Positions 20,242-28,212 of a DNA stretch of 64,000 nucleotides are shown here, in pieces. The stretch lies in NCBI GenBank assembly GCA_020848275.1, contig JADLAK010000012.1:37301-101300 (forward strand), written 5' to 3'. Below the pieces are notes generated by a model. It searched no databases. It was given only the letters and a program-made list of their open reading frames with translations, and was not told where the DNA came from. This DNA comes from Planctomycetota bacterium. GTDB taxonomy: Bacteria > Planctomycetota > UBA8742 > UBA2392. Positions within the stretch are counted from its first letter, which is position 1, and every line of letters begins with the position of its first letter. The translations under genes and the position numbers were made by a program.

Positions 20242-21300
20242 TTAACGCAACATTTCGTCGATCAGCGCGATTGCTTTTTCATCATCGCAGAGCGAACGCA
20301 ACATCTCGAGCCAGTGCTTCGACCACGGGCATTGCGGCGCCCAGGCGCGCAACGCGTCGGCGTGCTCAAGCACAAATTCATCGTCTTCGGCGAATAGCAG
20401 GTTCTGTGCACGCTTGGCCGCGACCTCGTCAACGGCGACGAATTTCTGCTTCAGGTCGTCCCAGACAAATCGTGTTGACCCGGAATCGATAAATTCACTC
20501 TGGATGGGGTGTTCGAGGCATTCGGGCAAAGGGCTTTCGGCCAACCAATCCTCTGCCCCGCGAGGTTCGTAAATGTCCGAATCGATCGCGAACTCAAAGC
20601 CCGGGCTGTAGGTGGCCGACCACTTCAGGGTGATTTCGGGGAACCACGATTCTGTCAGCGTGGCTTCAGCCGAGAAGTCGACTCCATAAGGTAGGTGATC
20701 ACATTCTGCGCTGCCGCTTGGCCGCCACTCGAACACCGCCGCGTCGAAGCCCTGTTCAGGTGTCACGCAGTACCATTGTTCACAATCACAGTGCAGTCCC
20801 ATGCCACTGCCGTGGGTCATGATGCGCGCGAAACTGAAGCGGGGTGCATGGGACATCGCGACAGATACGCCCCAACGCGAGTAGATTTCATCAAGCAGCA
20901 AGATGGATCGGTCATCACAGTAAACTTCGACGGCGCGCTGGATGTCACCCTCCTCGCCGCGAATGACACCCTTCCAGCGACGACCATTGGAATCGAGGCC
21001 GAGGTCAATCCACTCCTCAGGATTTTCCTCGCGCGCTTCTTCCGTGACGTCGATGGTCTCAACAAGCTCCTCGACAGGCGGCGTTACTTCGACGGCGTCG
21101 CACAGCCGCGCAATCGGTGGTTCGGGAAAGCTCGCCGCCAGCGGTGCGCGCGCAACGTTGCGGCGGGCCGGAACGGCGGCGATCGCCTCGACTGGCTCGT
21201 CACTGTGCGGCAGAACCGGCTTCACCGGAGTTTTGGGCCAATGGGTAACGCTGAGGCCGATGCAAATCGTGACGAGAGGGACGAGCCAGAGCGCGCGCAT
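20242..21300 (-). CDS. Hypothetical protein with N-terminal signal/TM segment (352 aa), acidic and Cys/Trp-containing.
   Basis: The composition is diverse and not frame-artefact-like. The N-terminus has a hydrophobic helix (MRALWLVPLVTICIGLSV). Confidence 0.5.
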   Translation of the reverse strand: MRALWLVPLVTICIGLSVTHWPKTPVKPVLPHSDEPVEAIAAVPARRNVARAPLAASFPEPPIARLCDAVEVTPPVEELVETIDVTEEAREENPEEWIDLGLDSNGRRWKGVIRGEEGDIQRAVEVYCDDRSILLLDEIYSRWGVSVAMSHAPRFSFARIMTHGSGMGLHCDCEQWYCVTPEQGFDAAVFEWRPSGSAECDHLPYGVDFSAEATLTESWFPEITLKWSATYSPGFEFAIDSDIYEPRGAEDWLAESPLPECLEHPIQSEFIDSGSTRFVWDDLKQKFVAVDEVAAKRAQNLLFAEDDEFVLEHADALRAWAPQCPWSKHWLEMLRSLCDDEKAIALIDEMLR

Positions 21301-21509
21301 GCCTTAGTTTCGGCGCGCGGCGCGTGCGGCTGCATCAATTCCGGGTTTTACGATGAACTGGGCGTCAGAACGTGGAGGGTTGCGGAAGTTATCGGTCCTA
21401 ACCCGCAAAGCAACAACTGGGCCTCACGCCAAGGCGCCAAGAGACTTCGCCTTGCGATTGGACTAACAGCAACCGGGAGACCCTTGACGGCTTGGCGTGA
21501 GAAAAAGTT

Positions 21510-21893
21510 TTACACCACGGCCACACAGTCGATTTCGACCAGCACTTCCTTGGGCAGGCGCGCGACTTCAACCGTGGCGCGGGCGGGGCGATGTTCGCCC
21601 AGGGCCTTGGCGTAGGCGTCGTTGACCACCCCCCAATCCCCAAGGTTCTTGAGGAAGATCGTGCACTTGACGATCTTGCTCATGGCGCTGCCGCTGGCCT
21701 CGAGGATCGCGGCGATGTTTTTCATCACCTGCGTAGTCTGATCGGCGGCGGCGCGGCTCACGATATTGCCTGCCGGGTCGAGCGGAATCTGCCCCGAGCA
21801 AAAGACAAAACCGTTGGCGATCACCGCGTGGCTGTAGGGGCCGATTGCGGCGGGAGCGTTCTTCGCGGTGATAAATTTGAGGTCGGTAGGCAT
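21510..21893 (-). CDS. ridA: RidA/YjgF/TdcF family reactive-intermediate deaminase.
   Basis: AAIGPYSHAV...CSGQIPLDP...PARATVEVARLPKEVLVEID is typical of RidA. 127 aa. Confidence 0.85.
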   Translation of the reverse strand: MPTDLKFITAKNAPAAIGPYSHAVIANGFVFCSGQIPLDPAGNIVSRAAADQTTQVMKNIAAILEASGSAMSKIVKCTIFLKNLGDWGVVNDAYAKALGEHRPARATVEVARLPKEVLVEIDCVAVV

Positions 21894-21986
21894 TGTTCAG
21901 GTTTCGGGTTTTGGGTTTTGGGTATCAGGTAAAAGCGCGCAGATCGTCGGGTACCTGATACCTGAAACCCGATACCTGAAACCTGA
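21894..21986. repeat. Imperfect inverted repeat built from GGTTT/GGGTTTTGGG and GGTATCAGGTA units and their complements (TACCTGATACCTGAAACC...), flanking a central AAAGCGCGCAGATCGTCGGG.
   Basis: Direct reading of the dgt-ridA intergenic region. Arms of about 35 nt pair imperfectly. Confidence 0.4.
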
Positions 21987-23141
21987 CTACCACGTATCCG
22001 GATCAAACAACTTCTTGTACTGCTCAAGCGCGTAACGGTCGGTCATGCCCGCGATGTAGTCGCAGACCACGCGCTGGACGCTCTGACCTTCATCGATGCG
22101 GCGCTGGAAGCCGCCCGGCAGCAGGTACTGCTCGGTGATGTAGCGCTCGAACGTCTCTTTGAGAAAGCGCGTGCCTTTTTCCATGCTTCGGCGCACGCGC
22201 CGGTGGTTGTAGAACTTTTCGAACAGCATGCGTTTCAACTTGATGACTTTGGCTTTCATCGCGGGGCTGAAATCAATCACAGGTTTGCCGGTGAAGCGCA
22301 CTACATCGTCGACGGATTTAAATTTCTCTTCCTTGATGCGCGCGGCGGAATTCTCGAGCAGGTCGCTGACCTGCAAGTCCTTGAGCTTGCGCACGATCTG
22401 GTAGCGCAGTAGTTCTTCCTCAGCGCCGACGGCCTTGCGCGCCTCGGCTTCGGCTTGGGCGAATAGCTCGCTCTCGCGCGCCGCGGGCAGCGTCAGCAGG
22501 CCCGAATACAACCCATCGTCGGTGTCGTGCGCGTTGTAGCTGATTTCGTCGGCGCTGTTGGCTACTTGGGCTTCCAGGGTGGGGGATTCGCGCTCTATTA
22601 AACCCTTGAAGAGCGGCTTGTCGTAATCCGTGCGGTGTTTCATCAGGCCGTAGCGCACTTCGTGCGTCAGGTTCAGGCCTTTGAAAGCGGGCAGGTAGCT
22701 GAGTTCGAGTTCATCGACGATGCGAAGCGACTGGCCGTTGTGCTCGTAGCCGCCGTGGTCCTTCATCAGGTCACGCATGGCGTGCTCGCCCGCGTGGCCA
22801 AAGGGCGTGTGGCCCAGGTCGTGGGCGAGGCTCACGGCCTCGGTGACGTCTTCGTTGAGGCCGAGGCAGCGCGCGATCGTGCGCGCCGCCTGCGCAACCT
22901 CGATGGTGTGCGTCAGGCGCGTGCGGAAGTGGTCGCCTTCCCAATTGATGAAAACCTGCGTCTTGTATTCGAGACGCCGGAACGCCGCACAGTGGATCAC
23001 ACGGTCGCGGTCGCGCTGGAAACAGGTGCGGTAGGTGTGTTCGGGCTCGGGCGTGCGCCGGCCGCGCGATTTGCTCGCGCGCAGCGCATAAGGCGCAAGT
23101 GCGGCGTCTTCAGCGGCTTCAATGGCCTTGCGATCGAGCAT
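21987..23141 (-). CDS. dgt: dGTPase-like deoxynucleoside triphosphate triphosphohydrolase (HD domain).
   Basis: HD motif ...RLTHTIEVAQAARTIARCLGLNEDVTEAVSLAHDLGHTPFGHAGE. Confidence 0.85.
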   Translation of the reverse strand: MLDRKAIEAAEDAALAPYALRASKSRGRRTPEPEHTYRTCFQRDRDRVIHCAAFRRLEYKTQVFINWEGDHFRTRLTHTIEVAQAARTIARCLGLNEDVTEAVSLAHDLGHTPFGHAGEHAMRDLMKDHGGYEHNGQSLRIVDELELSYLPAFKGLNLTHEVRYGLMKHRTDYDKPLFKGLIERESPTLEAQVANSADEISYNAHDTDDGLYSGLLTLPAARESELFAQAEAEARKAVGAEEELLRYQIVRKLKDLQVSDLLENSAARIKEEKFKSVDDVVRFTGKPVIDFSPAMKAKVIKLKRMLFEKFYNHRRVRRSMEKGTRFLKETFERYITEQYLLPGGFQRRIDEGQSVQRVVCDYIAGMTDRYALEQYKKLFDPDTW

Positions 23142-23205
23142 GCAGATGGTTTAGCAAGGGTCGGTGGTCTGTGGCCAGTGCCCAGCAGCGCGGCGTAGGC
23201 GCCGA

Positions 23206-24003
23206 TCATCGTAGGCTGATTCTCATTTCCCCGAACATCTGTCCCAACCCCTGCAATATCCCAAGCACAATCTGTTCAGCAGAGGCCGCACTCCCGCCAC
23301 CGTCGGCGATGGTGAGATAGGGGCAGCGGTCGCGGTCGCTGGAGGTATTGATCACCCGCACCCAGTCGATGCGCGGGGCCTCCTCGCGCGGCGGCTGGCG
23401 CACGTAGCACCATTCGACCACGCCTACGGGCCGCCCGGCTTTGTAGGCGACGACGGATTCCAACTGGCCGTTGAGCTTCCAGCTTACGCCCACGTTGACA
23501 GGGTGGCCGTTGCAAAAGAACCCGATGGCGCGCGGCGTGCCGTCGGGCCACCATTCGCGCCATAATCCCGCGCGACGCCCGTGTAACACCAGGCCCTCGG
23601 CAGCGGGCTGGCCGTTGCCCCAGCGCAGTGTCGCCGGGCCGTCGTGGGCGGGCACCTGTTGCGGCGGCCTCAGGCGTATCGCGATTTCTTCTTTCAGGGC
23701 GTAGTCGTCGGGCCCGAGCACGAGCACAACGCGGCGTGGGCAGGCGCCTCGGTCCATGATGACCCGGGAGCTTTCGGTCGGCACGGCCATGACGCGGCAG
23801 AGTTCGCGGAACACCGACAGTTCCAGCGCGGTCATAGGATCGCAGGGTTTTTCCGGCGCGGGTCCGTAGGGAACGTCGGCGACAAGCAGGTCGTAACGTT
23901 CCTCGGCTTCGTCAAGTTCGGCAGTACGCGCGTAGATGCGATCCGGCGCGCAACCCGCGAGGGCGCCGGCAATCAGCAGCAGGATTGAGGCCAAGGCTCG
24001 CAT
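23206..24003 (-). CDS. Lipoprotein (LAGC lipobox) containing MORN/YwqK-like repeats.
   Basis: Signal peptide plus Cys (ILLLIAGALAGCAP). Repeats GLWREWWPDG...GFFCNGHPVNVGVSWKLNGQLESVVAYKAGRPVGV. Confidence 0.5.
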   Translation of the reverse strand: MRALASILLLIAGALAGCAPDRIYARTAELDEAEERYDLLVADVPYGPAPEKPCDPMTALELSVFRELCRVMAVPTESSRVIMDRGACPRRVVLVLGPDDYALKEEIAIRLRPPQQVPAHDGPATLRWGNGQPAAEGLVLHGRRAGLWREWWPDGTPRAIGFFCNGHPVNVGVSWKLNGQLESVVAYKAGRPVGVVEWCYVRQPPREEAPRIDWVRVINTSSDRDRCPYLTIADGGGSAASAEQIVLGILQGLGQMFGEMRISLR

Positions 24004-24176
24004 GTGAACCCCTTGCGATACTCAAAGAATATCCCACGGGGTGGGGGCATGCCGGGGCACTCCGGATTAACTTGGCGGCGCGTGCCTGAATTCCGGCAAT
24101 AGGCGCTCAGTGCAACGTGTTGAAATAGCAGTGTTTGTGGGCGGCATGTCGCCCCGGCGGCCTTGTGCTAAGATGA

Positions 24177-24797
24177 ATGACTATGGATGGCCTCGACGCA
24201 TTCATGAATTGCGATTGCTGCAAGAAGAACACGGCGCCGATTCGCATCAGCGACATCGAAGGCAACGCCGTGACGCAGCAATTTGCCATCTGTACTGACT
24301 GCATGACGCTGCTCAAGCGCATGATTTTCGACCCGGCCAAGGCGCTGCCGTCCACCGCCGAAGCGATCAAGCAGGTGCAGGAAATGTTGTCATCCACCGA
24401 GAACGCCATTGTGCTTGCCGAGGGCGCCAAGCCGCCCGCCGCCATCGAGCAGCCGGTGATGCCGACCTGCCCGAAGTGCGGCATGACGCTGGCCGAATTC
24501 AAGCAGCGCGGCCGTTTTGGCTGCGCCAACGACTACGAAATTTTCGGCGCGCACATCGAGCCTCTGCTCGAGCGCGTGCATGACGCGTCGCCCGCGCGCC
24601 ACAAGGGCCGCTCGCCGCAAGCGCCCACACCCCAGGCCGATGGCGTGGTTGAAATCAGCCGCCTGAAGAAGGAACTCGATAGTGCGGTGCAGGCCGAAAA
24701 GTACGAAGAAGCCGCGAAGCTGCGCGACCGCATCGCCGCACTCGGCGGCGAAAAGCCCGCCAAGGCCCGCCGCAAGCGCAAGGAAGGCAAGGCATGA
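24177..24797 (+). CDS. mcsA: McsA-like activator of protein arginine kinase (zinc-finger motifs plus UVR motif).
   Basis: CxxC pairs (CDCC...CTDC; CPKC...GC). UvrB/C-type motif LKKELDSAVQAEKYEEAAKLRDRIAAL. Directly upstream of, and overlapping, mcsB. Confidence 0.6.
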   Translation: MTMDGLDAFMNCDCCKKNTAPIRISDIEGNAVTQQFAICTDCMTLLKRMIFDPAKALPSTAEAIKQVQEMLSSTENAIVLAEGAKPPAAIEQPVMPTCPKCGMTLAEFKQRGRFGCANDYEIFGAHIEPLLERVHDASPARHKGRSPQAPTPQADGVVEISRLKKELDSAVQAEKYEEAAKLRDRIAALGGEKPAKARRKRKEGKA

Positions 24798-25864
24798 GCG
24801 CGCTGCCCCCTTTCAATTATTTTCCGCACCTCCTTGGCGAATGGCTGAAGGGCCAGGGGCCCGAGAGCGACATTGTGGTTTCGACGCGCGTGCGGCTGGC
24901 GCGCAACCTGCGCGATGTCCCGTTTTCGGTGAAGTCGACGCCACAACAGCGCGAGGAAGTGCTGGCGCTGGCGACCGCGGCGCTGGAGCGTGTGCACCTG
25001 GAGAAAAGCACGGTCACGCTGAAGTTGACGGGCATGAACGAGGTCTGCCGCGACGTACTGGTTGAGCGCCACCTCATCAGCCGCGAACTCGCCAACGGCG
25101 ACGGCCCGCGTGCGGTGGTGTTCGGCCGCGGTGAAATGCTGAGCGTGATGGTCAACGAGGAAGACCACCTGCGCCTGCAGTGGATCAAGAGCGGCTTCGA
25201 CGTTGACCGCGCCTGGGGCGCCCTGGTCAAGGTAGACAAGGCGCTGGAGCGCGAGCTGCCTTATGCGTTCTCTGAAAAATACGGTTACCTTACGGCGTGC
25301 CCGACCAACGTCGGCACGGGCATGCGCGTGTCGGTGATGGTCCACCTGCCGGCATTGACGCTGAAAGAGCATGTCCAGAAGGTTTTTAAAGCGGCCGAGA
25401 AAATGAACCACGCCGTGCGCGGGCTTTATGGCGAAGGCACGCGCGCCTTTGGCGATTTTTACCAGATCAGCAACCAGGCGACGCTTGGCCGCACGGAAGA
25501 AGAAATCATCCAGAGCGTCAAGGCGATCGTGCCCAAGATTCTCGAGTACGAGCGGCGCATGCGCGGCACGATATTCACCGAAGAACGCAGCCTGCTGGAA
25601 GACCGCGTGTTCCGCGCGCTCGCGACGCTGCGCAGCGCCCGCCGCCTGAACGTGCAGGAAATGATGAGCCATCTCTCTATGTTGCGGCTGGGCGTGGACC
25701 TCGGGCTGGTCACGGACATCACGGCGCGCACACTCAATGAACTTTTCCTGATCGGCCAACCTTCGCACCTTCAGCGCGAGGAAGGCCGTGAAATGACACC
25801 GGGCGAACGAGACGAACGCCGTGCGGCGCTGGTTCGCACACGGCTGGCGGTAACGAGGAACTAG
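24794..25864 (+). CDS. mcsB: Protein arginine kinase McsB (ATP:guanido phosphotransferase family).
   Basis: Phosphagen-kinase signature CPTNVGTGMR. RLARNL...F N-terminal block. 356 aa. Confidence 0.85.
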   Translation: MSALPPFNYFPHLLGEWLKGQGPESDIVVSTRVRLARNLRDVPFSVKSTPQQREEVLALATAALERVHLEKSTVTLKLTGMNEVCRDVLVERHLISRELANGDGPRAVVFGRGEMLSVMVNEEDHLRLQWIKSGFDVDRAWGALVKVDKALERELPYAFSEKYGYLTACPTNVGTGMRVSVMVHLPALTLKEHVQKVFKAAEKMNHAVRGLYGEGTRAFGDFYQISNQATLGRTEEEIIQSVKAIVPKILEYERRMRGTIFTEERSLLEDRVFRALATLRSARRLNVQEMMSHLSMLRLGVDLGLVTDITARTLNELFLIGQPSHLQREEGREMTPGERDERRAALVRTRLAVTRN

Positions 25865-25873
25865 CACGACACC

Positions 25874-27085
25874 ATGGCGATGTACGTTGATCCCAACCGG
25901 CTGTTCAAGCTCGACTTGCCGCAGCGCTTCAGGCGCGACGACAAGGCCGAGAGCCTCGTTTTTGTCCACGACGACTTCGACGGCCGCGTCAACATCGCCT
26001 GTTTTCGCGCCGAGGACGGCGCGCCATCGCCCGACTTGTTCGAGAGCCTGCCCTCGCGCGACATGATGGAAAATGTCCTCAAGAGCAAACGCGGCGACCT
26101 TGCCCTTGGCTACGGCGATTACATCGGGAACTTCCAGGACGAAGAAATTGCGTGGCGCTGGTGGACGATCCAGCGCGGGCCCGTCTGCGTCGTAGTCAGC
26201 TACAACGGCCGCCCCGACAACGACGACGAAGCGCGCGGCGCCGTCGACGAGCTGATCGCCGGCATTGAAGTAACGGAACGCCCGCCGCTTTCCGTCGACA
26301 AATTCACGGCCATGGCCGCACTGGCCTACGCGCAGGTCATGAGCGCCCCTGCGCCGGAGGTGCGCCGCCCGCTTGAGCTTGGCACCGGCCCCAATTCGAT
26401 CCTGAGGCTGGACAACGCTTATGTGACGTACCTGTCGGCGCACGACGACGGCGAAATCGACGCCGAAAAGTTGCTCAAGGACTGGTTCGAGCGGCTATGG
26501 GGCGAGAAGTACGACAAGCTTTCGAGCTTCGAGGAAATGCGCTCGCTGATTTACCCGGTGCTCAAGCCCTGCCAGTTCGCGCGCGATGTCGACGTCAACG
26601 TGTTACGCCGCCCGCTGCTGGAGGGCGACCTCGACATCCTGATGGCCATCGACACCGGCCGCACGTTGCGTTTCGTCAGCCAGCAGGACTTGGCGTCGTG
26701 GCCCGGCGTGACCGAGGACGAAGTGTTTTTCTACGCGCGAGAGAACCTGCTGGCGTTGTGCAAGGACATGCAGGTCAACGCGCTGGCCAACCAGGACGGC
26801 AAACCTGCGGCGATCATTTTTGCCTCGGGCGATGGCTACGACGCCAGCAAATTGATCCTCCCCGACCTGTACCAGAAGTTGTCGGCGCTGCTTGGCCCCG
26901 ATCTCCTCGTCGGCGTGCCCAACCGCGACTTCATGATCGTGCTTTCCGCGCATGACGATGAAATGGTCGCGCGCGTTTCCGAACAGGTGCGGCTGGACGC
27001 TCAACAGCGACCCTACGCCATTAGCGGCGAACTTTACCGGTTTGGCGCATCGGGGCTGGAACGCAACGCCCCGACGCCGGGTTAA
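25874..27085 (+). CDS. Hypothetical protein (403 aa), possibly DUF1444/UPF0354-like.
   Basis: Non-repetitive and compositionally normal. No diagnostic motif recognised. Confidence 0.45.
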   Translation: MAMYVDPNRLFKLDLPQRFRRDDKAESLVFVHDDFDGRVNIACFRAEDGAPSPDLFESLPSRDMMENVLKSKRGDLALGYGDYIGNFQDEEIAWRWWTIQRGPVCVVVSYNGRPDNDDEARGAVDELIAGIEVTERPPLSVDKFTAMAALAYAQVMSAPAPEVRRPLELGTGPNSILRLDNAYVTYLSAHDDGEIDAEKLLKDWFERLWGEKYDKLSSFEEMRSLIYPVLKPCQFARDVDVNVLRRPLLEGDLDILMAIDTGRTLRFVSQQDLASWPGVTEDEVFFYARENLLALCKDMQVNALANQDGKPAAIIFASGDGYDASKLILPDLYQKLSALLGPDLLVGVPNRDFMIVLSAHDDEMVARVSEQVRLDAQQRPYAISGELYRFGASGLERNAPTPG

Positions 27086-27246
27086 CCACGTCATCATAAC
27101 TTATTAATTTCTAATGGGTTGTGACGTATTTAAGCAAGTTTAAAGAAGTGGACTAATTAGGGCCAAAGTGTCCAAATTGCATAATTTCATTATCTTTGAA
27201 GCCCATTGGGCTAAACAACCAGTTAGATTACCATGCTCCCCGGTGA

Positions 27247-27702
27247 GTGGGCTTAATGGACAAGGCACTCAATTATCCGCGCGAGTTCCTTCGATTGTAC
27301 TGGGAGCTAGAAAAGTCCCAAGAAGCGTGGTCCCGCGAACTGGAGGGCGAGTTTGGTCTCACTGCCAAACAATACAGCCTGCTTCGCGCCATTGAACGCC
27401 AGGCCGACATCACCACCACCGACCTTACCGGGATGCTGGGCAAAGCCCAGCCCGCCATCACGCAGATGTTGAACCGCCTCGAGCAAAGCGGATTTATCGC
27501 GCGCGAAACCAGCGTGAACGACCGCCGCCGCCGCAAAGTCAGGCTGACGCCAAAGGCCGTCGATTTGTTCTCGAAGGTTGACCCGATAGGACCCACACGC
27601 GTGATCATGGCGATGGAAAAAGCCAGCGACCGCGAGGCGGGCGAAGTCGTGCGCGCCATCGAGACGATCCTGAACTGGATGACTCAGCGCAAGCTGAAGT
27701 AA
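27247..27702 (+). CDS. MarR-family transcriptional regulator.
   Basis: Winged-helix block LTAKQYSLLRAIERQADITTTDLTGMLGKAQPAITQMLNRLEQSGFIARETSVNDRRRRKVRLTPKA. Preceded by a 160-bp AT-rich promoter region. Confidence 0.8.
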   Translation: MGLMDKALNYPREFLRLYWELEKSQEAWSRELEGEFGLTAKQYSLLRAIERQADITTTDLTGMLGKAQPAITQMLNRLEQSGFIARETSVNDRRRRKVRLTPKAVDLFSKVDPIGPTRVIMAMEKASDREAGEVVRAIETILNWMTQRKLK

Positions 27703-28104
27703 TCAGGGCTCACTGACGACAAGACCGCCCTCGGTGTAGGCGATATCCGCGTTGGGGACTAATGCGCCGCCGATGGTTTCGTCCTTGCCCAGGCAAACCA
27801 GGCTGAAGCCCGACGACGTCAGGCGGTATTCGTAGGGCTGGCCGTTGAACGGGTTGCGCGGCACTTCGCGTCCAAGGCGCGCCATCAGGTCGTCGAGCTT
27901 TGCGGGATAACCGCCGGTCTCGCGCGCATAGACACTCAGCGTCTCGGCGAGGATTTTCAGGTCGTTCTGGGCCTGCTCCCATTGCGCCTTGTCCTGCCCG
28001 TCCGACTGCATGGCCACACCGCGAATCAACAGCACCACCAGCGCAATGGCGAGCAGGCCGCCCAACAGCAGCGAATACGGCCGGATGGTCTTTGGTCTTG
28101 GCAT
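27703..28104 (-). CDS. Small membrane-anchored protein (133 aa) with a GspG/pseudopilin-like C-terminal domain but no prepilin cleavage motif.
   Basis: N-terminal TM helix (YSLLLGGLLAIALVVLLI). C-terminal NPFNGQPYEYRLTSSGFSLVCLGKDETIGG resembles the GspG core. It is embedded in a longer ORF (27703..28806) whose upstream part is rejected. Confidence 0.45.
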   Translation of the reverse strand: MPRPKTIRPYSLLLGGLLAIALVVLLIRGVAMQSDGQDKAQWEQAQNDLKILAETLSVYARETGGYPAKLDDLMARLGREVPRNPFNGQPYEYRLTSSGFSLVCLGKDETIGGALVPNADIAYTEGGLVVSEP

Positions 28105-28212
28105 GGCGCCTGGTATCGAAGTTGGCGCAATAATAGCAATTGGAGGGCGAGCCGACGCATCTACCCGTTTTCGCGATATGCCAACGGGTGTTGCGCCGTG
28201 TAAAACGTTGGC

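Noticed and set aside
24533-26443. 636-aa minus-strand ORF spanning mcsB and the following gene
   Set aside because: Antisense to McsB (phosphagen kinase signature on the plus strand). Arg/Ala-rich artefact.
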